64,000 nucleotides of DNA from Candidatus Gottesmanbacteria bacterium (GTDB lineage Bacteria > Patescibacteriota > Microgenomatia > UBA10105 > UBA927): contig JAHFKN010000002.1 in the NCBI GenBank assembly GCA_023245355.1, positions 72,460-136,459 on the forward strand, in the 5' to 3' direction. Under the pieces are notes generated by a model. That model searched no databases. It saw only the letters and a program-made list of their open reading frames with translations, and had not been told where the DNA came from. Below are positions 1-9,636 of this stretch, piece by piece. Both the position numbers and the translations under genes were made by a program. Position 1 is the stretch's first letter, and each line of letters begins with the position of its first letter.

Positions 1-609
1 CTTACGCTTACCGTACATAAAGGTGAAAAAATAGGAATAATCGGCAGGAACGGCAGCGGAAAAACCACACTGCTTAAAATTATGGCCGGCATCACAGCGC
101 CTACCAGCGGTAGGGTACAGACCTATGGCAGAGTGGTCTCGCTTATTGATCTCGAAGCGGGATTTCATGCGGACCTTACCGGATATCAGAATATATATTT
201 AAACGGCATGCTGCTTGGAATGAGCCGCCGGGAAATCGAAGCCAAAATCAAAGACATTATCGCATTTGCCGACCTTAAACAATTCATTGACGCTCCGCTG
301 TTTACCTATTCAAGCGGCATGGCGCTGCGCCTCGGATTTGCCGTTGCCGTCCATGCGGAGCCGGATATTTTACTTCTGGATGAAAACCTCTCTGCGGGAG
401 ATGCCAATTTCAGAATAAAAGCCCGGCGCAAACTCCAGGAATTTTTTCGGGAAGAAAAAACGATCATTGTGGTCACACACTATCTGGACTTTATCGCGGA
501 GACGTGTGACCGGATCATACACATCAAAAACGGGGCGGTTGTACGTGACGGCGGACTCGAAATATTGTCCCAATACGATCCCGACTGGAAGCGGCCGCAA
601 AAGAAATAA
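1..609 (+). CDS. ABC transporter ATP-binding protein, polysaccharide/teichoic-acid export type (Wzt/TagH-like); 5' end is outside the window
   Basis: The reading frame is open from base 1. Walker A GRNGSGKTT, ABC signature LSAGD and Walker B ILLLDE are present, and the gene lies in a glycan locus. Confidence 0.8.
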   Translation, partial: LTLTVHKGEKIGIIGRNGSGKTTLLKIMAGITAPTSGRVQTYGRVVSLIDLEAGFHADLTGYQNIYLNGMLLGMSRREIEAKIKDIIAFADLKQFIDAPLFTYSSGMALRLGFAVAVHAEPDILLLDENLSAGDANFRIKARRKLQEFFREEKTIIVVTHYLDFIAETCDRIIHIKNGAVVRDGGLEILSQYDPDWKRPQKK

Positions 610-630
610 GCAGGTACCGAAAAAAATTAG

Positions 631-2004
631 TTACTTCCGGAGAATATAATATGTAGCGTCCCCGGTATCCTCCAAAACCTCAAAACGCGATGTCACGTAC
701 GGCACGAGGTTCCGGTACACCGGTAATAACGGCTTCGGCGCGACGATGAAATCGACATGATTTATTTCGATGTCATACATCTCCCGCGCGATAAAATCGG
801 GGAAAAACGAATCAACCAACGGGTACCGGATCGGAAAATGATTCGGGGGAATTCTGTTTATCATCGCATAAAGTTCTGCCTGTTCGCCCATGACAAACAG
901 CCGGCGGTCCGTAAGTACTCCGCGTGAAAGATATGCTGCTATCCGCGCACTTTTTTCTTCTTCCCACCAGGGGATACGGGTTGCAGCACGCGTGACAAAT
1001 ATCTCGACACTGTATGTCACAAGCAGCAAATAGAGTATGAGCGCAGATGCAAACAGCCGTTTTCTGAACAAAGCCGGCAAGGCCCGCAATATCTCTCCTA
1101 TTGTTATGCAATAAAATGCCGCCATGGGAACCAGATGTTCTTTTCCGAATTCCACCCTGAGAAACACGAGCGACATAACGGCAAACGAAAGGGGGATAGC
1201 GATATTACGGGGGAACGGAATCCGCTCTATAAGAATGAGTCCGAACATCAAAAGTAACGAGGAAGAAATAAGCAGCGGATAATCGGACACGGGACTCCCG
1301 ACATAATGCTTGAGGATATACGCATTAAATTGCACGATATCAGTCCACAATTGCGTATGAGCGCCGAGTGCAGTTGCGGCACCGGCCACGAACACCCAAC
1401 TCAGCAAAAACATCCACAGGACGGACAGGTGCCGGTAATAATACAGTACCGGAACAAGTATGATTGCGGCGTTCGGCTTTATAAAAGAACTGACGGCGAC
1501 AAGTAATCCTACCAGTATGGATTTCCACCTCACTTCAGGTACACCTGTAATCAGAAGATAGATTCCCAAATAGACGGTCGTAACGGCCGTTTCATACCAC
1601 AGATGATTTATCGATACGGCGTTTGTTAACGACGTGTAGACGGTCAGAATCAACACAAAATCAAAAAGACGGGCGCGTCGGAATATAACGCTCACGAAGA
1701 GCAAATTCAGACTGAGCAGACCCCAGTACACATACCGTAACAGCCCGAAATTTCCGCTTTGTACGACGGGTGCGAGCAGATAATACAGAAAAAATCCGTG
1801 GTGGTCGAAAAAATCCCGGTAGGGCACCATGCCCCGGCTGACAAGCCAGGGGGAGAAAAATAATTCCGGCCAGGTGGTCAGTTTCGTAGACCAAATAAGT
1901 GCCGTTTGAGCGGCAAACAGCAGAAAAACTGCAGTGATATACGGCACAACGTGCCTATTTTTCTTCCAGATATTTTCCGTCTTCATTGATGCTCCAGAGA
2001 TCAT
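631..2004 (-). CDS. polytopic membrane protein with C-terminal soluble domain (possible GT-C-type glycosyltransferase/polymerase)
   Basis: There are more than 10 predicted TM helices followed by a roughly 110-aa soluble tail. The start was trimmed to the ATG at 2004 because the annotated 2058 start would overlap the upstream gene by 104 nt; the ATG at 1986 is an alternative. Confidence 0.4.
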   Translation of the reverse strand: MISGASMKTENIWKKNRHVVPYITAVFLLFAAQTALIWSTKLTTWPELFFSPWLVSRGMVPYRDFFDHHGFFLYYLLAPVVQSGNFGLLRYVYWGLLSLNLLFVSVIFRRARLFDFVLILTVYTSLTNAVSINHLWYETAVTTVYLGIYLLITGVPEVRWKSILVGLLVAVSSFIKPNAAIILVPVLYYYRHLSVLWMFLLSWVFVAGAATALGAHTQLWTDIVQFNAYILKHYVGSPVSDYPLLISSSLLLMFGLILIERIPFPRNIAIPLSFAVMSLVFLRVEFGKEHLVPMAAFYCITIGEILRALPALFRKRLFASALILYLLLVTYSVEIFVTRAATRIPWWEEEKSARIAAYLSRGVLTDRRLFVMGEQAELYAMINRIPPNHFPIRYPLVDSFFPDFIAREMYDIEINHVDFIVAPKPLLPVYRNLVPYVTSRFEVLEDTGDATYYILRK

Positions 2005-3370
2005 GTGCGTCCCGATGTTGATAATTTTCCGCCGCATGTATCCCGCTTTCCATTGCATGATCCATATTATTGTACTTATACATCCCGCCGCGCCCGATCA
2101 GAGTCACATTCGTAAACGTGCTTACGTATTCCTTTATTACGTCAAATGCCTTTTCGTACCCCAAGTAATATGCAGGATATGCATCTGCCTCACGGACTAC
2201 GAAACTTCCGACAAGCTTCTGGTCGGAAAGCAACCCTGCGGATGTAAGCTCGGAATATGCAAAGTGTTGAAGATAGGTATCGGTCTCATGCCACAATCGA
2301 TCTTCTTTAAAAACAAAATATTCGACGGAAAGCGCGTGAGTTTTCCGTAAAGACGCGTTCGGTTGGAAATTATTATAATTTGTTACCCTGGCCATTTGGA
2401 AATCAGGGGAATGGATATACAACCACTGATCGGGAAACGGACTCGCCCCGCGTACGAGCAGATTTACCGTAATATGGTCACGATACCGCAGGCGCCGTGC
2501 AGCAGCCAGAACCGTTTTAGGCGGGGCGGGGGAGAGGGCAGTGATAAATGCCGTAATCGGCATACTGGAAAACACATGTGCGGGGGTTTCCGTTACCCGT
2601 TTACCGTGCTTTATATAATCCACACGGATTATTTTTCTGTCTTTATGATGAATACCGGTGACATGGCTCTGATACCGGAACGTAACGCGCTCCTTTCCGA
2701 ATGTTTCTGCCATGCGGGTATACATCTGTCCGCTGCCCCGTACCGGATAATAAAACGATCGGACCAGACTTTTCGGATCGGCCGGCGGCCTGATATTGAA
2801 CGCTGCAAGAACAAGCGACACAACACTCAGATTTTGAATCCGTTGCACTGCCCATTTTGCGCTGATCCTGTCACAGGATACGCCCCATACTTTTTCTGTA
2901 TATGTCTTAAAAAAAATGGAGTAGAGCCTGTACCCGAAGCGTGCAGTAACCCACTGTGTAAACGTTTCGGCAGGCGGCCGGAACAAACGGAGTTTTGCCG
3001 CAAGATAACTGAAAACGCTCAATATCACATCTTTCGGTCCGAGTTTTTTCATCACATCCCACGCGTCGAGAGGGTACGAAAACAGCTTGCCGCCATACAG
3101 CACCCGGGTTAACCGATGTACCGGATGAAATCCCGCACCCAGGGTTTTTTTCCATAATGAATCTATGGCCGGATTTTTCGTATAAAACCTGTGCGGGCCG
3201 ACATCAAACCAATGACCCTGAAAAAAAACACTCCTCGCGAGACCGCCGGGATGGGTATTCCGGTCCAAAACGACAATATGCTGTTTCTCTTTTTCTTTTT
3301 GAAGGGTCAGGGCGCAGGAAAGGCCGGCAGGACCTGCTCCGATAATAACGATGCGACGCATGCTAGCCAT
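1955..3370 (-). CDS. FAD/NAD(P)-binding oxidoreductase (amine-oxidase/UDP-galactopyranose-mutase-like fold)
   Basis: The N-terminus has the dinucleotide-binding motif IVIIGAGPAGLSCA. The C-terminus has GRGGMYKYNNMDHAMESG, which resembles the UGM/amine-oxidase C-terminal motif. Confidence 0.6.
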   Translation of the reverse strand: MASMRRIVIIGAGPAGLSCALTLQKEKEKQHIVVLDRNTHPGGLARSVFFQGHWFDVGPHRFYTKNPAIDSLWKKTLGAGFHPVHRLTRVLYGGKLFSYPLDAWDVMKKLGPKDVILSVFSYLAAKLRLFRPPAETFTQWVTARFGYRLYSIFFKTYTEKVWGVSCDRISAKWAVQRIQNLSVVSLVLAAFNIRPPADPKSLVRSFYYPVRGSGQMYTRMAETFGKERVTFRYQSHVTGIHHKDRKIIRVDYIKHGKRVTETPAHVFSSMPITAFITALSPAPPKTVLAAARRLRYRDHITVNLLVRGASPFPDQWLYIHSPDFQMARVTNYNNFQPNASLRKTHALSVEYFVFKEDRLWHETDTYLQHFAYSELTSAGLLSDQKLVGSFVVREADAYPAYYLGYEKAFDVIKEYVSTFTNVTLIGRGGMYKYNNMDHAMESGIHAAENYQHRDAHDLWSINEDGKYLEEK

Positions 3371-3382
3371 TGTAGCATGCTA

Positions 3383-3388
3383 TAATCG
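3383..3388 (+). promoter_or_regulatory. TATAAT -10 hexamer in divergent intergenic region upstream of sulfotransferase gene
   Basis: A perfect TATAAT lies 28 nt upstream of the ATG at 3417. Confidence 0.3.
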
Positions 3389-3416
3389 ACTTCACAGCAG
3401 AAACTTTCCTATACTC

Positions 3417-4127
3417 ATGGGCACATCCGGGCGACTGATTGTCAGCTTCCATATCACAAAATGCGCCGGCCAATGGCTCGCCAAATCCATACGCGATAAT
3501 TACCCACCTAACGCCAGTACATTTCTTTATCAAACACGCCGCAACCCGTCGTACGAGTCTCTTCCGTTCCTCCGGGCATATTTTTTTTTCCTGCCGAAAG
3601 CCCTCCGGCAAACGCTCCGCATCATTCACGGACACGGCGCATTTTGGGGAATTCACGAATATTTTCCTGACCGGACAACAGAATACAGCGTCATGCTGCG
3701 CGAGCCGGTCGCACGGACTATTTCCCATTATTACTATTTCCGGAGGTCACCCGGAGCCCGCGATTCAAGAAAAAGCCTGTTTGATGAACACGGGAAGCTC
3801 AGAACGCTTTCTGACTGGGTGACCCATACGCCTTCGGCCCAGAATCACATGGTCCGGTTTCTGTATGCGCGCTTATTTCACCGGGAAATTGAAGGGAACG
3901 TCACCGAACGTGAATATCGTGAGACGCTGCGGCGTCTTAAATCTTTTGCATTCGTCGGCCACATTGACAGGCCGGGGGATAAAGAGAAATTATTAACGTT
4001 TCTTGATATAAAAAAACCGGCCCGGCCGGTTAACAAATCCGTTCGGCACTCCGTGCCGACCATAGCTGACCTAGAACGCATTCAAAAACTGAATGAATTC
4101 GACATAAAACTCTACGCGGAAACGTAA
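3417..4127 (+). CDS. sulfotransferase family protein
   Basis: A 5'-PSB-like motif FHITKCAGQ and a 3'-PB-like motif LREPVARTISHYYY (RDPxxRxxSxY) are present. The start is set at the MGTSG ATG after the divergent promoter. Confidence 0.55.
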   Translation: MGTSGRLIVSFHITKCAGQWLAKSIRDNYPPNASTFLYQTRRNPSYESLPFLRAYFFFLPKALRQTLRIIHGHGAFWGIHEYFPDRTTEYSVMLREPVARTISHYYYFRRSPGARDSRKSLFDEHGKLRTLSDWVTHTPSAQNHMVRFLYARLFHREIEGNVTEREYRETLRRLKSFAFVGHIDRPGDKEKLLTFLDIKKPARPVNKSVRHSVPTIADLERIQKLNEFDIKLYAET

Positions 4128-4154
4128 CGGTCGGCTTACAATAACGTAAAACCG

Positions 4155-4253
4155 TTATGAGGCTACGGTAGCAAACGCGGTGAGCTCAATCTTCTCTGAA
4201 GTCTTTGCCGGTTTCTTGTATGACTTCTTGACTGGCGCTGTTATCTGTTTCAT
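4155..4253 (-). CDS. unannotated 32-aa ORF (MKQITAPVKKSYKKPAKTSEKIELTAFATVAS), candidate RiPP precursor peptide
   Basis: AGGAGG sits 7 nt upstream of the ATG, the best SD in the region. The ORF lies 36 nt downstream of the PqqD-like gene on the same strand and ends in Ser. It is absent from the ORF track because it is under 60 aa. Confidence 0.35.
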   Translation of the reverse strand: MKQITAPVKKSYKKPAKTSEKIELTAFATVAS

Positions 4254-4288
4254 AGATTTTCCTCCTACTTTTTATAGTAAGCATGCTC

Positions 4289-4585
4289 TTACCGATTGTC
4301 AACAACAAAAAGCTTTCCGCTGCCCGATTCTGATTGTATGAATGCGATGACATCTTTTTGTGCCTGCTTTACGGAAACATCATACGAAGAGGCTACCGCC
4401 GCAATAATAGCTGACACCTTCCTGGGACTCTTAAGAAACTCCCATATAAAACTACCGACGTCATTATACGTATGAAGGATCATATGGGAATCGTCAAAAA
4501 CGTAGAGCGTTTCACCTACAACCCTAGTCGCGGCCTCCGGATTCCTGCGGATTTTGGTTTCTTCCCGTACTGAGTCTTTCTTCAT
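4289..4585 (-). CDS. PqqD-family protein (RiPP recognition element, lasso B1-like)
   Basis: The 98-aa protein has the core LYVFDDSHMILHTYNDVGSFIWEFL...AIIAAVASSYDVSVKQAQKDVIAFIQ, which is typical of PqqD/RRE proteins. Confidence 0.7.
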   Translation of the reverse strand: MKKDSVREETKIRRNPEAATRVVGETLYVFDDSHMILHTYNDVGSFIWEFLKSPRKVSAIIAAVASSYDVSVKQAQKDVIAFIQSESGSGKLFVVDNR

Positions 4586-5433
4586 AATTTGGTAATCAGG
4601 GCAAGAAATTTTTTACTTCTGCTGAATTCCAGATTGTAATGCCGGTAAAATCTGGATGTAAATAATTTTATCCCAAGTGACAGAAGAAATAAATAGCGGG
4701 GGGAATACTCAATGAACTTGAGATTCGGCCGGAGATGCCGCTGTAGCCTCGACAGTGTTATTGACCTCGGAACAGGCACGAGCACATCCTGTTGTTGATC
4801 TGTATGACGCAGCCACAGGCATTTATCAAGCGGATATCTGCCCGTTACGGAAACCTGTATGTTCGGATCAAAGGGGTTTGCAATAACCGAATACCCGTTG
4901 TTCTCGGGGATAACAACGGTAATATCATCGGAAAGCTGCGGTGCCTGTGATAACCTCGCGATCGTCGATTTTCCGACGCCCTGCCTGCCGATAAATACAT
5001 ACGCGTTTTTCCCTATAACGACGGAGGACGCGTGCAACATAAATCCTCCCTGTTCCAGGATATGAAAAAAATACAGCATGGAAAATATCGGGTTCAGCCC
5101 CCGCGCAGTCGGTGCAATGCGGAACGCCCCTTTCCAGCTTTTGATGTTAATTTCTCCTTTTGCCGGCCGTTCCAGCCGAAGACTCAACATGTCACCCGTT
5201 TGACGCACTGCATTCGGTTCTTTCGTCAATGTTGAGTCGACGGTAATATCCAGATACATATGGCTTGTAACAGTAGCGTTGCTCTTGGGAGGCTCGAAAC
5301 TCTTTACTACTGCATAGAACGCGTCGGACGACCCGCGGAGCATCACGTGGATACAAAGATTATCAGCAATAATCGAAAAACGGCGGATATCAGACATACC
5401 GGTGTAAATATGTAATAATCTTTTTTTCCGCAT
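4582..5433 (-). CDS. HPr kinase/phosphorylase C-terminal-domain-like protein (putative peptide Ser kinase)
   Basis: It has the P-loop GRQGVGKST in an HprK-like context. GAGGA precedes the ATG at 5433, and there is a 4-nt overlap with the PqqD gene. Confidence 0.55.
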   Translation of the reverse strand: MRKKRLLHIYTGMSDIRRFSIIADNLCIHVMLRGSSDAFYAVVKSFEPPKSNATVTSHMYLDITVDSTLTKEPNAVRQTGDMLSLRLERPAKGEINIKSWKGAFRIAPTARGLNPIFSMLYFFHILEQGGFMLHASSVVIGKNAYVFIGRQGVGKSTIARLSQAPQLSDDITVVIPENNGYSVIANPFDPNIQVSVTGRYPLDKCLWLRHTDQQQDVLVPVPRSITLSRLQRHLRPNLKFIEYSPRYLFLLSLGIKLFTSRFYRHYNLEFSRSKKFLALITKL

Positions 5434-6376
5434 CCGTCCTCAGCCGGCGCAACAATAATTCACCCGATGCATTCATGTTCCGATACGGTCTGACGGAAAT
5501 GCCGACCGCATCAAATAGTGTATTCATAGATTTTGTCCGGGATCCGTTCATAAGCTGATACGTAAGGAGACGCAAATGAAATGAAGTAAACGCGCGAATC
5601 ATCCGCTCCGTGAGGACTCCAACTGTAGGTTGTGAATGCCTGACACGAATTGTATCAAGGGACTCTCCCCAATACAATTCGCCGGTCATATAGGCATCAA
5701 AGTGTTCTTCCAGCCGGCGCGGGGATATAGTGACCGATATATCGGTTCTCCGTATCCTAAATCCCATATGGTTCAGCCTGACGCTGAATTCCATGTCGTC
5801 GTTATAGCGAAGCACGGTAGCCCCCAATTGTATGCCGCCGCTTTGCCTGTAGGCACGGCGCGTAACCGCATAAAACGGTCCCTGGAATATCTCCGGCCGC
5901 CATCCCCGGGTTGCCTGCGACAATCGTTTCCGCCGTCCGACCAGCGTCGTGTACATAGTGCGTTTTTTGGTACTCCACCCGGTATATATGTCCCAGGGGA
6001 ATACAAAGGATCCGTATATGCCGTCCGTTTTCGGCTTGTTGATCTCATTCCATACGTCATGGACAAACGCAGGGGACACCCGGGAATCCGCATCCAATTT
6101 AACAAGCACACGGCTATCAAGCGCTGCTTCAAAACCATGCTTTGTTGCCTCTGCAATCCCGCGTACAGGTTCATGCAGCAGGAGATAGGGAAGCGCTAAT
6201 TTCCGGCACCACTCCGTAACCGAACGAACTGTACGGTCACGGGATCCGTTATCGACAATCACCAAACGGAACGGGGGGTGCGGTTTATGCTGCACGACAA
6301 ACTGTCGTAACATTTCACCGATAATCGGTTCTTCATTCAGAACAGGCACGATAAGTGAAATCGGATATGGTGTCAT
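5390..6376 (-). CDS. glycosyltransferase family 2
   Basis: The N-terminus SLIVPVLNEEP...LVIVDNGSRDRT is characteristic of GT-A family 2. Confidence 0.7.
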   Translation of the reverse strand: MTPYPISLIVPVLNEEPIIGEMLRQFVVQHKPHPPFRLVIVDNGSRDRTVRSVTEWCRKLALPYLLLHEPVRGIAEATKHGFEAALDSRVLVKLDADSRVSPAFVHDVWNEINKPKTDGIYGSFVFPWDIYTGWSTKKRTMYTTLVGRRKRLSQATRGWRPEIFQGPFYAVTRRAYRQSGGIQLGATVLRYNDDMEFSVRLNHMGFRIRRTDISVTISPRRLEEHFDAYMTGELYWGESLDTIRVRHSQPTVGVLTERMIRAFTSFHLRLLTYQLMNGSRTKSMNTLFDAVGISVRPYRNMNASGELLLRRLRTDAEKKIITYLHRYV

Positions 6377-6379
6377 AAC

Positions 6380-7294
6380 CTATGAACTCTTCGGCTTATA
6401 CGGTGTGACGCGCCAGCGCATCGAAGTTATATCGGTATCCTGCAGATGGTGTTTTGTGCCATACGGTGCACGATACCAGTGACCGACATACGCATCCGTA
6501 AGATTATTCTTTTGTGTATCTTCAAGCCGGGAATTGTCGATAGCGCGGGAAACGGACCGTCTGCTTTGTAACACCGAATCCCTGCCTCCTGCCACGACGA
6601 CGATATTCTGCACACGCGCGGCATCTTCGGGATGCTGCGGAAATACCCGTACGAATGCAAAATAGGTTCTGAGAATCGCCGCAGTTGATCGCCAAAGCCA
6701 TGCCCCTTTTCCTGTTATGGGACCGATATGATTTATGACAAGATATCCGTCGGTACGAAGTATGGTCGCTATTTTTTGAAATGACTCCGTTGTATACGTG
6801 GAAAGCTCCTGAGATGAAAGCATCCCGGGAAATAGCACCGATCCGGAATCCGCATCCGGCCAGTACAGGTTCCCCATGGTGATATCTACAAATATCAAAT
6901 CGAAATGGCGCGTTGTACGGAGGCGGTTTACGTCATCACGTGCAAACCGGCATATGACCTCCATATTTTTGCGGAACCCATGCCTGTGTTTCCGTATAAC
7001 ATCAATAACCACATCATCCGCTTCCACTACCCGTACCAGGCACTCAGGGTATGTTGCCGCAAAATAGTCCGAGCAAACAAATGCGCCGCCTCCCAGATGA
7101 AGAATGCGGGACGGGGGAGCTCCCAATTCGGCTATCTTTGTATAAATTTTATAATCCCGCCGCTGCATGTCTCCGTCCGCACCCGCACCGGAAGAAATAA
7201 TCCCGCCGCTGTGTGTGTCCAGACGGAATTCCGAAAAAAATCTGGTATGCCCGAAAAACACTGTTGTTAATTTGTTATGTAATTTCATGATCAT
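6380..7294 (-). CDS. spermidine-synthase-like (PABS fold) class I methyltransferase-fold protein
   Basis: Motifs ILHLGGGAF, VVEADDVVIDVIRKH and FDLIFVDI are present. Confidence 0.45.
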   Translation of the reverse strand: MIMKLHNKLTTVFFGHTRFFSEFRLDTHSGGIISSGAGADGDMQRRDYKIYTKIAELGAPPSRILHLGGGAFVCSDYFAATYPECLVRVVEADDVVIDVIRKHRHGFRKNMEVICRFARDDVNRLRTTRHFDLIFVDITMGNLYWPDADSGSVLFPGMLSSQELSTYTTESFQKIATILRTDGYLVINHIGPITGKGAWLWRSTAAILRTYFAFVRVFPQHPEDAARVQNIVVVAGGRDSVLQSRRSVSRAIDNSRLEDTQKNNLTDAYVGHWYRAPYGTKHHLQDTDITSMRWRVTPYKPKSS

Positions 7295-7953
7295 GCCAAT
7301 CTGTGTATACGGCGGATTTCATCCGTATGCCGGTCAATAAGTTTCCGCACATACTCAGGCCCGAATTTCAAAAGATAATGTGCTGATGAAAACGGGGGGA
7401 CCGAAGGATCGTTCCAATCACTGAAAATAAGCCGGATTCCCGCTGCTTTAAACTCTCTCTCGTTAAGATAGGAGTGTGCCCCCATGCCGGAAATAAATAC
7501 GGTGGCTCCCACAAAATGACATATTTCAATAATACGGGCGACACGATCCTTACTTTTCACCGTAATGTCGCTGCTCCGCAAAAAATTCCTTCTGATGGAT
7601 AACGAATGCAAAATCCATTCCGACATGGCGATATTGAGAGCAGATAAATTCTGCCACGGCCTGCCGTAGATTTCGTCCGGAATTTTTCCGTACGCCATGC
7701 GCAGCGTACTTACGTGTTTTTTCCGCCAATGATCACCGCTTATGCTGACATCCTTTATTTTCTGTCCGTATTTGTAGCGCACCGGAACGGTAAGCCATTG
7801 CCAGGAGTCACCTGACTGTATACGGTTCCTGTTTTGGAACCCGTCCTTTTCGTATTGGACATCATCATAAAAAATATGCGTATCGGAAAGCGCAATTTTT
7901 GCGATATGGCCAAGATACGGCAGGTACTCCGGCTGATGCATGGAAAGTATCAT
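7291..7953 (-). CDS. WbqC-like family protein
   Basis: The N-terminus MHQPEYLPYLGHIAKIALSDTHIFYDDVQYEKDGFQNRNRI matches the WbqC family (PF08889). Confidence 0.6.
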   Translation of the reverse strand: MILSMHQPEYLPYLGHIAKIALSDTHIFYDDVQYEKDGFQNRNRIQSGDSWQWLTVPVRYKYGQKIKDVSISGDHWRKKHVSTLRMAYGKIPDEIYGRPWQNLSALNIAMSEWILHSLSIRRNFLRSSDITVKSKDRVARIIEICHFVGATVFISGMGAHSYLNEREFKAAGIRLIFSDWNDPSVPPFSSAHYLLKFGPEYVRKLIDRHTDEIRRIHRLA

Positions 7954-8975
7954 ACTGTTATATGTGCCGCCTCAGAAAACATTGACTCCCACTCCCGCGC
8001 AATAGTTACCCAGTCATAATAGGATACAGACTGTCTGTTATGCCGGTCGATCCGCATGCGCAGCACCGGATTATTCAGCAGATTCACGGCTGCGTTTACA
8101 AATTTCTTTCTGTAAACCGGAGAGCCGGGTGTTCCCGTAATCAACACGTTCCCCCGGGCAGTTTCCGGCAGTGCTCCCCGGGCAGATGTCACAATGGCGA
8201 CACCTGCCGCACGCGCTTCCAGCACCGTCATGCTGCTCGTCTCCAATTCCGTGTTCGGATACAACAGCACCCCCGCACGAAGCATTGCTTTTGCCAGCTC
8301 CTTCTTCGGAAGAAGAGGGGCGACGGTTACCCCGGGAAGCTGTTTCAGATCAGAAAGAATCCGCTCTGCTTTTTTCGAAACGGCTTCACCATAAAGCGCC
8401 CGGGAGGCAATAACCATGAATGTCGAGTCGGGTACCCTGGCATGAATCTGTTTCCAAATTCCGGACAGATATTCCAGACCATCCCCGTGACCGGACACAT
8501 ACAGACATGAACGCGGATTTTTCTTCGTTTTTCCCTGATACAACAGACTCCTGACTCCGTTTCTGGATATGAAAATTTTTCCTTTAGGAATACCTAGTTG
8601 CCCGTATAATCCCGCCTGAAATTCCGAAATGGCAATCACACGATAGACTGCACGGATAAACCGCCGGAGAGTGACAGGGTGTGTCAGCGGAATAAAAGAC
8701 GGCTCTGTTATTAAGTCGGGAGACCAAAAAAACGTGCAGGGCGCAATCGACGGGTACAGAAGTACGATTGCAGGATTTCGTTTCACCACAAGCATATCTG
8801 CACGGGGCGCTGATCTGAGCTCATCGGGGTGCGTATATAAACGGACGTCATGACCCAACAGACGAAGTGCGTACACCATCTCCAGAACAGCAGTCTCTGT
8901 ACCGGGAAGCGGTGAAGCATCCGGTTTCACATCCCTGTAGGTAATCGGGCTACGGTAGTAGATCGCTATTTTCAT
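7950..8975 (-). CDS. glycosyltransferase family 1 (GT4)
   Basis: The C-terminal motif ETSSMTVLEARAAGVAIVTS is GT-B retaining GT4-like. Confidence 0.7.
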   Translation of the reverse strand: MKIAIYYRSPITYRDVKPDASPLPGTETAVLEMVYALRLLGHDVRLYTHPDELRSAPRADMLVVKRNPAIVLLYPSIAPCTFFWSPDLITEPSFIPLTHPVTLRRFIRAVYRVIAISEFQAGLYGQLGIPKGKIFISRNGVRSLLYQGKTKKNPRSCLYVSGHGDGLEYLSGIWKQIHARVPDSTFMVIASRALYGEAVSKKAERILSDLKQLPGVTVAPLLPKKELAKAMLRAGVLLYPNTELETSSMTVLEARAAGVAIVTSARGALPETARGNVLITGTPGSPVYRKKFVNAAVNLLNNPVLRMRIDRHNRQSVSYYDWVTIAREWESMFSEAAHITV

Positions 8976-9633
8976 ATGCGGATGCAGTACGGCCGGGGAG
9001 CAGGCTGCCTATTTTGGAAAGCAGGGATTTGATTTTATATTTCCACGGATAAAAATCCACCAGGTGGGAAATGAATACGGGTTTCTCCGAACGTTTCATG
9101 ATAATGACCATGTTTGGCATATCTATCGGTACAAACACATAGTCGGTCCGGTTTTTCCGTATCCAGGATAAAACAAACTGGGTAGATTCATACGTGGCGT
9201 CATGAAATACTATATATCCGTTCGTTTCGAGCATCAGGTCAGAAAAATAAAAATCCAGGAAAATCTCATCAAACCTGTGCCCGCCGTCAATAAAAATAAA
9301 TTGAAATGTTTCACCCGCTTTTGAAAGGGCGGGGAGCACGAAGTGCGAATAATCCCCGTAAAACGTGAGGCGCGTACGGAATCCGAGCCGGTCAAGGTTA
9401 AATAATCCCAAATACCGGTACCGCTTTTGAAACGGGTCGATTACTCTGTGACGAGCTCCCGTCGCGTGCATGATATACGCTGCGGAATATCCGAACCCGA
9501 GTCCTATTTCCAGCGTTTTTTTGACAGCATGCTTTGTGATGAAGTCGTGCAGGAATTCCGCTTCATTTCCTGCGATAGAAGAAATACGGTATTGTTTCGG
9601 AATAACGATGGTTTGTTCAATGAATGGAATCAT
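8950..9633 (-). CDS. class I SAM-dependent methyltransferase (CmcI/TylF-like)
   Basis: Motifs LEIGLGFGYSAAY and FIFIDGGHRFDE are present. Confidence 0.55.
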   Translation of the reverse strand: MIPFIEQTIVIPKQYRISSIAGNEAEFLHDFITKHAVKKTLEIGLGFGYSAAYIMHATGARHRVIDPFQKRYRYLGLFNLDRLGFRTRLTFYGDYSHFVLPALSKAGETFQFIFIDGGHRFDEIFLDFYFSDLMLETNGYIVFHDATYESTQFVLSWIRKNRTDYVFVPIDMPNMVIIMKRSEKPVFISHLVDFYPWKYKIKSLLSKIGSLLPGRTASAYENSDLLP

Positions 9634-9636
9634 ACG

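Noticed and set aside
5636-6199. 187-aa plus-strand ORF, and similar antisense ORFs (e.g. 42471-43016, 47629-48180, 54519-55469)
   Set aside because: They lie fully inside well-supported genes on the opposite strand, and their composition is shadow-ORF-like.
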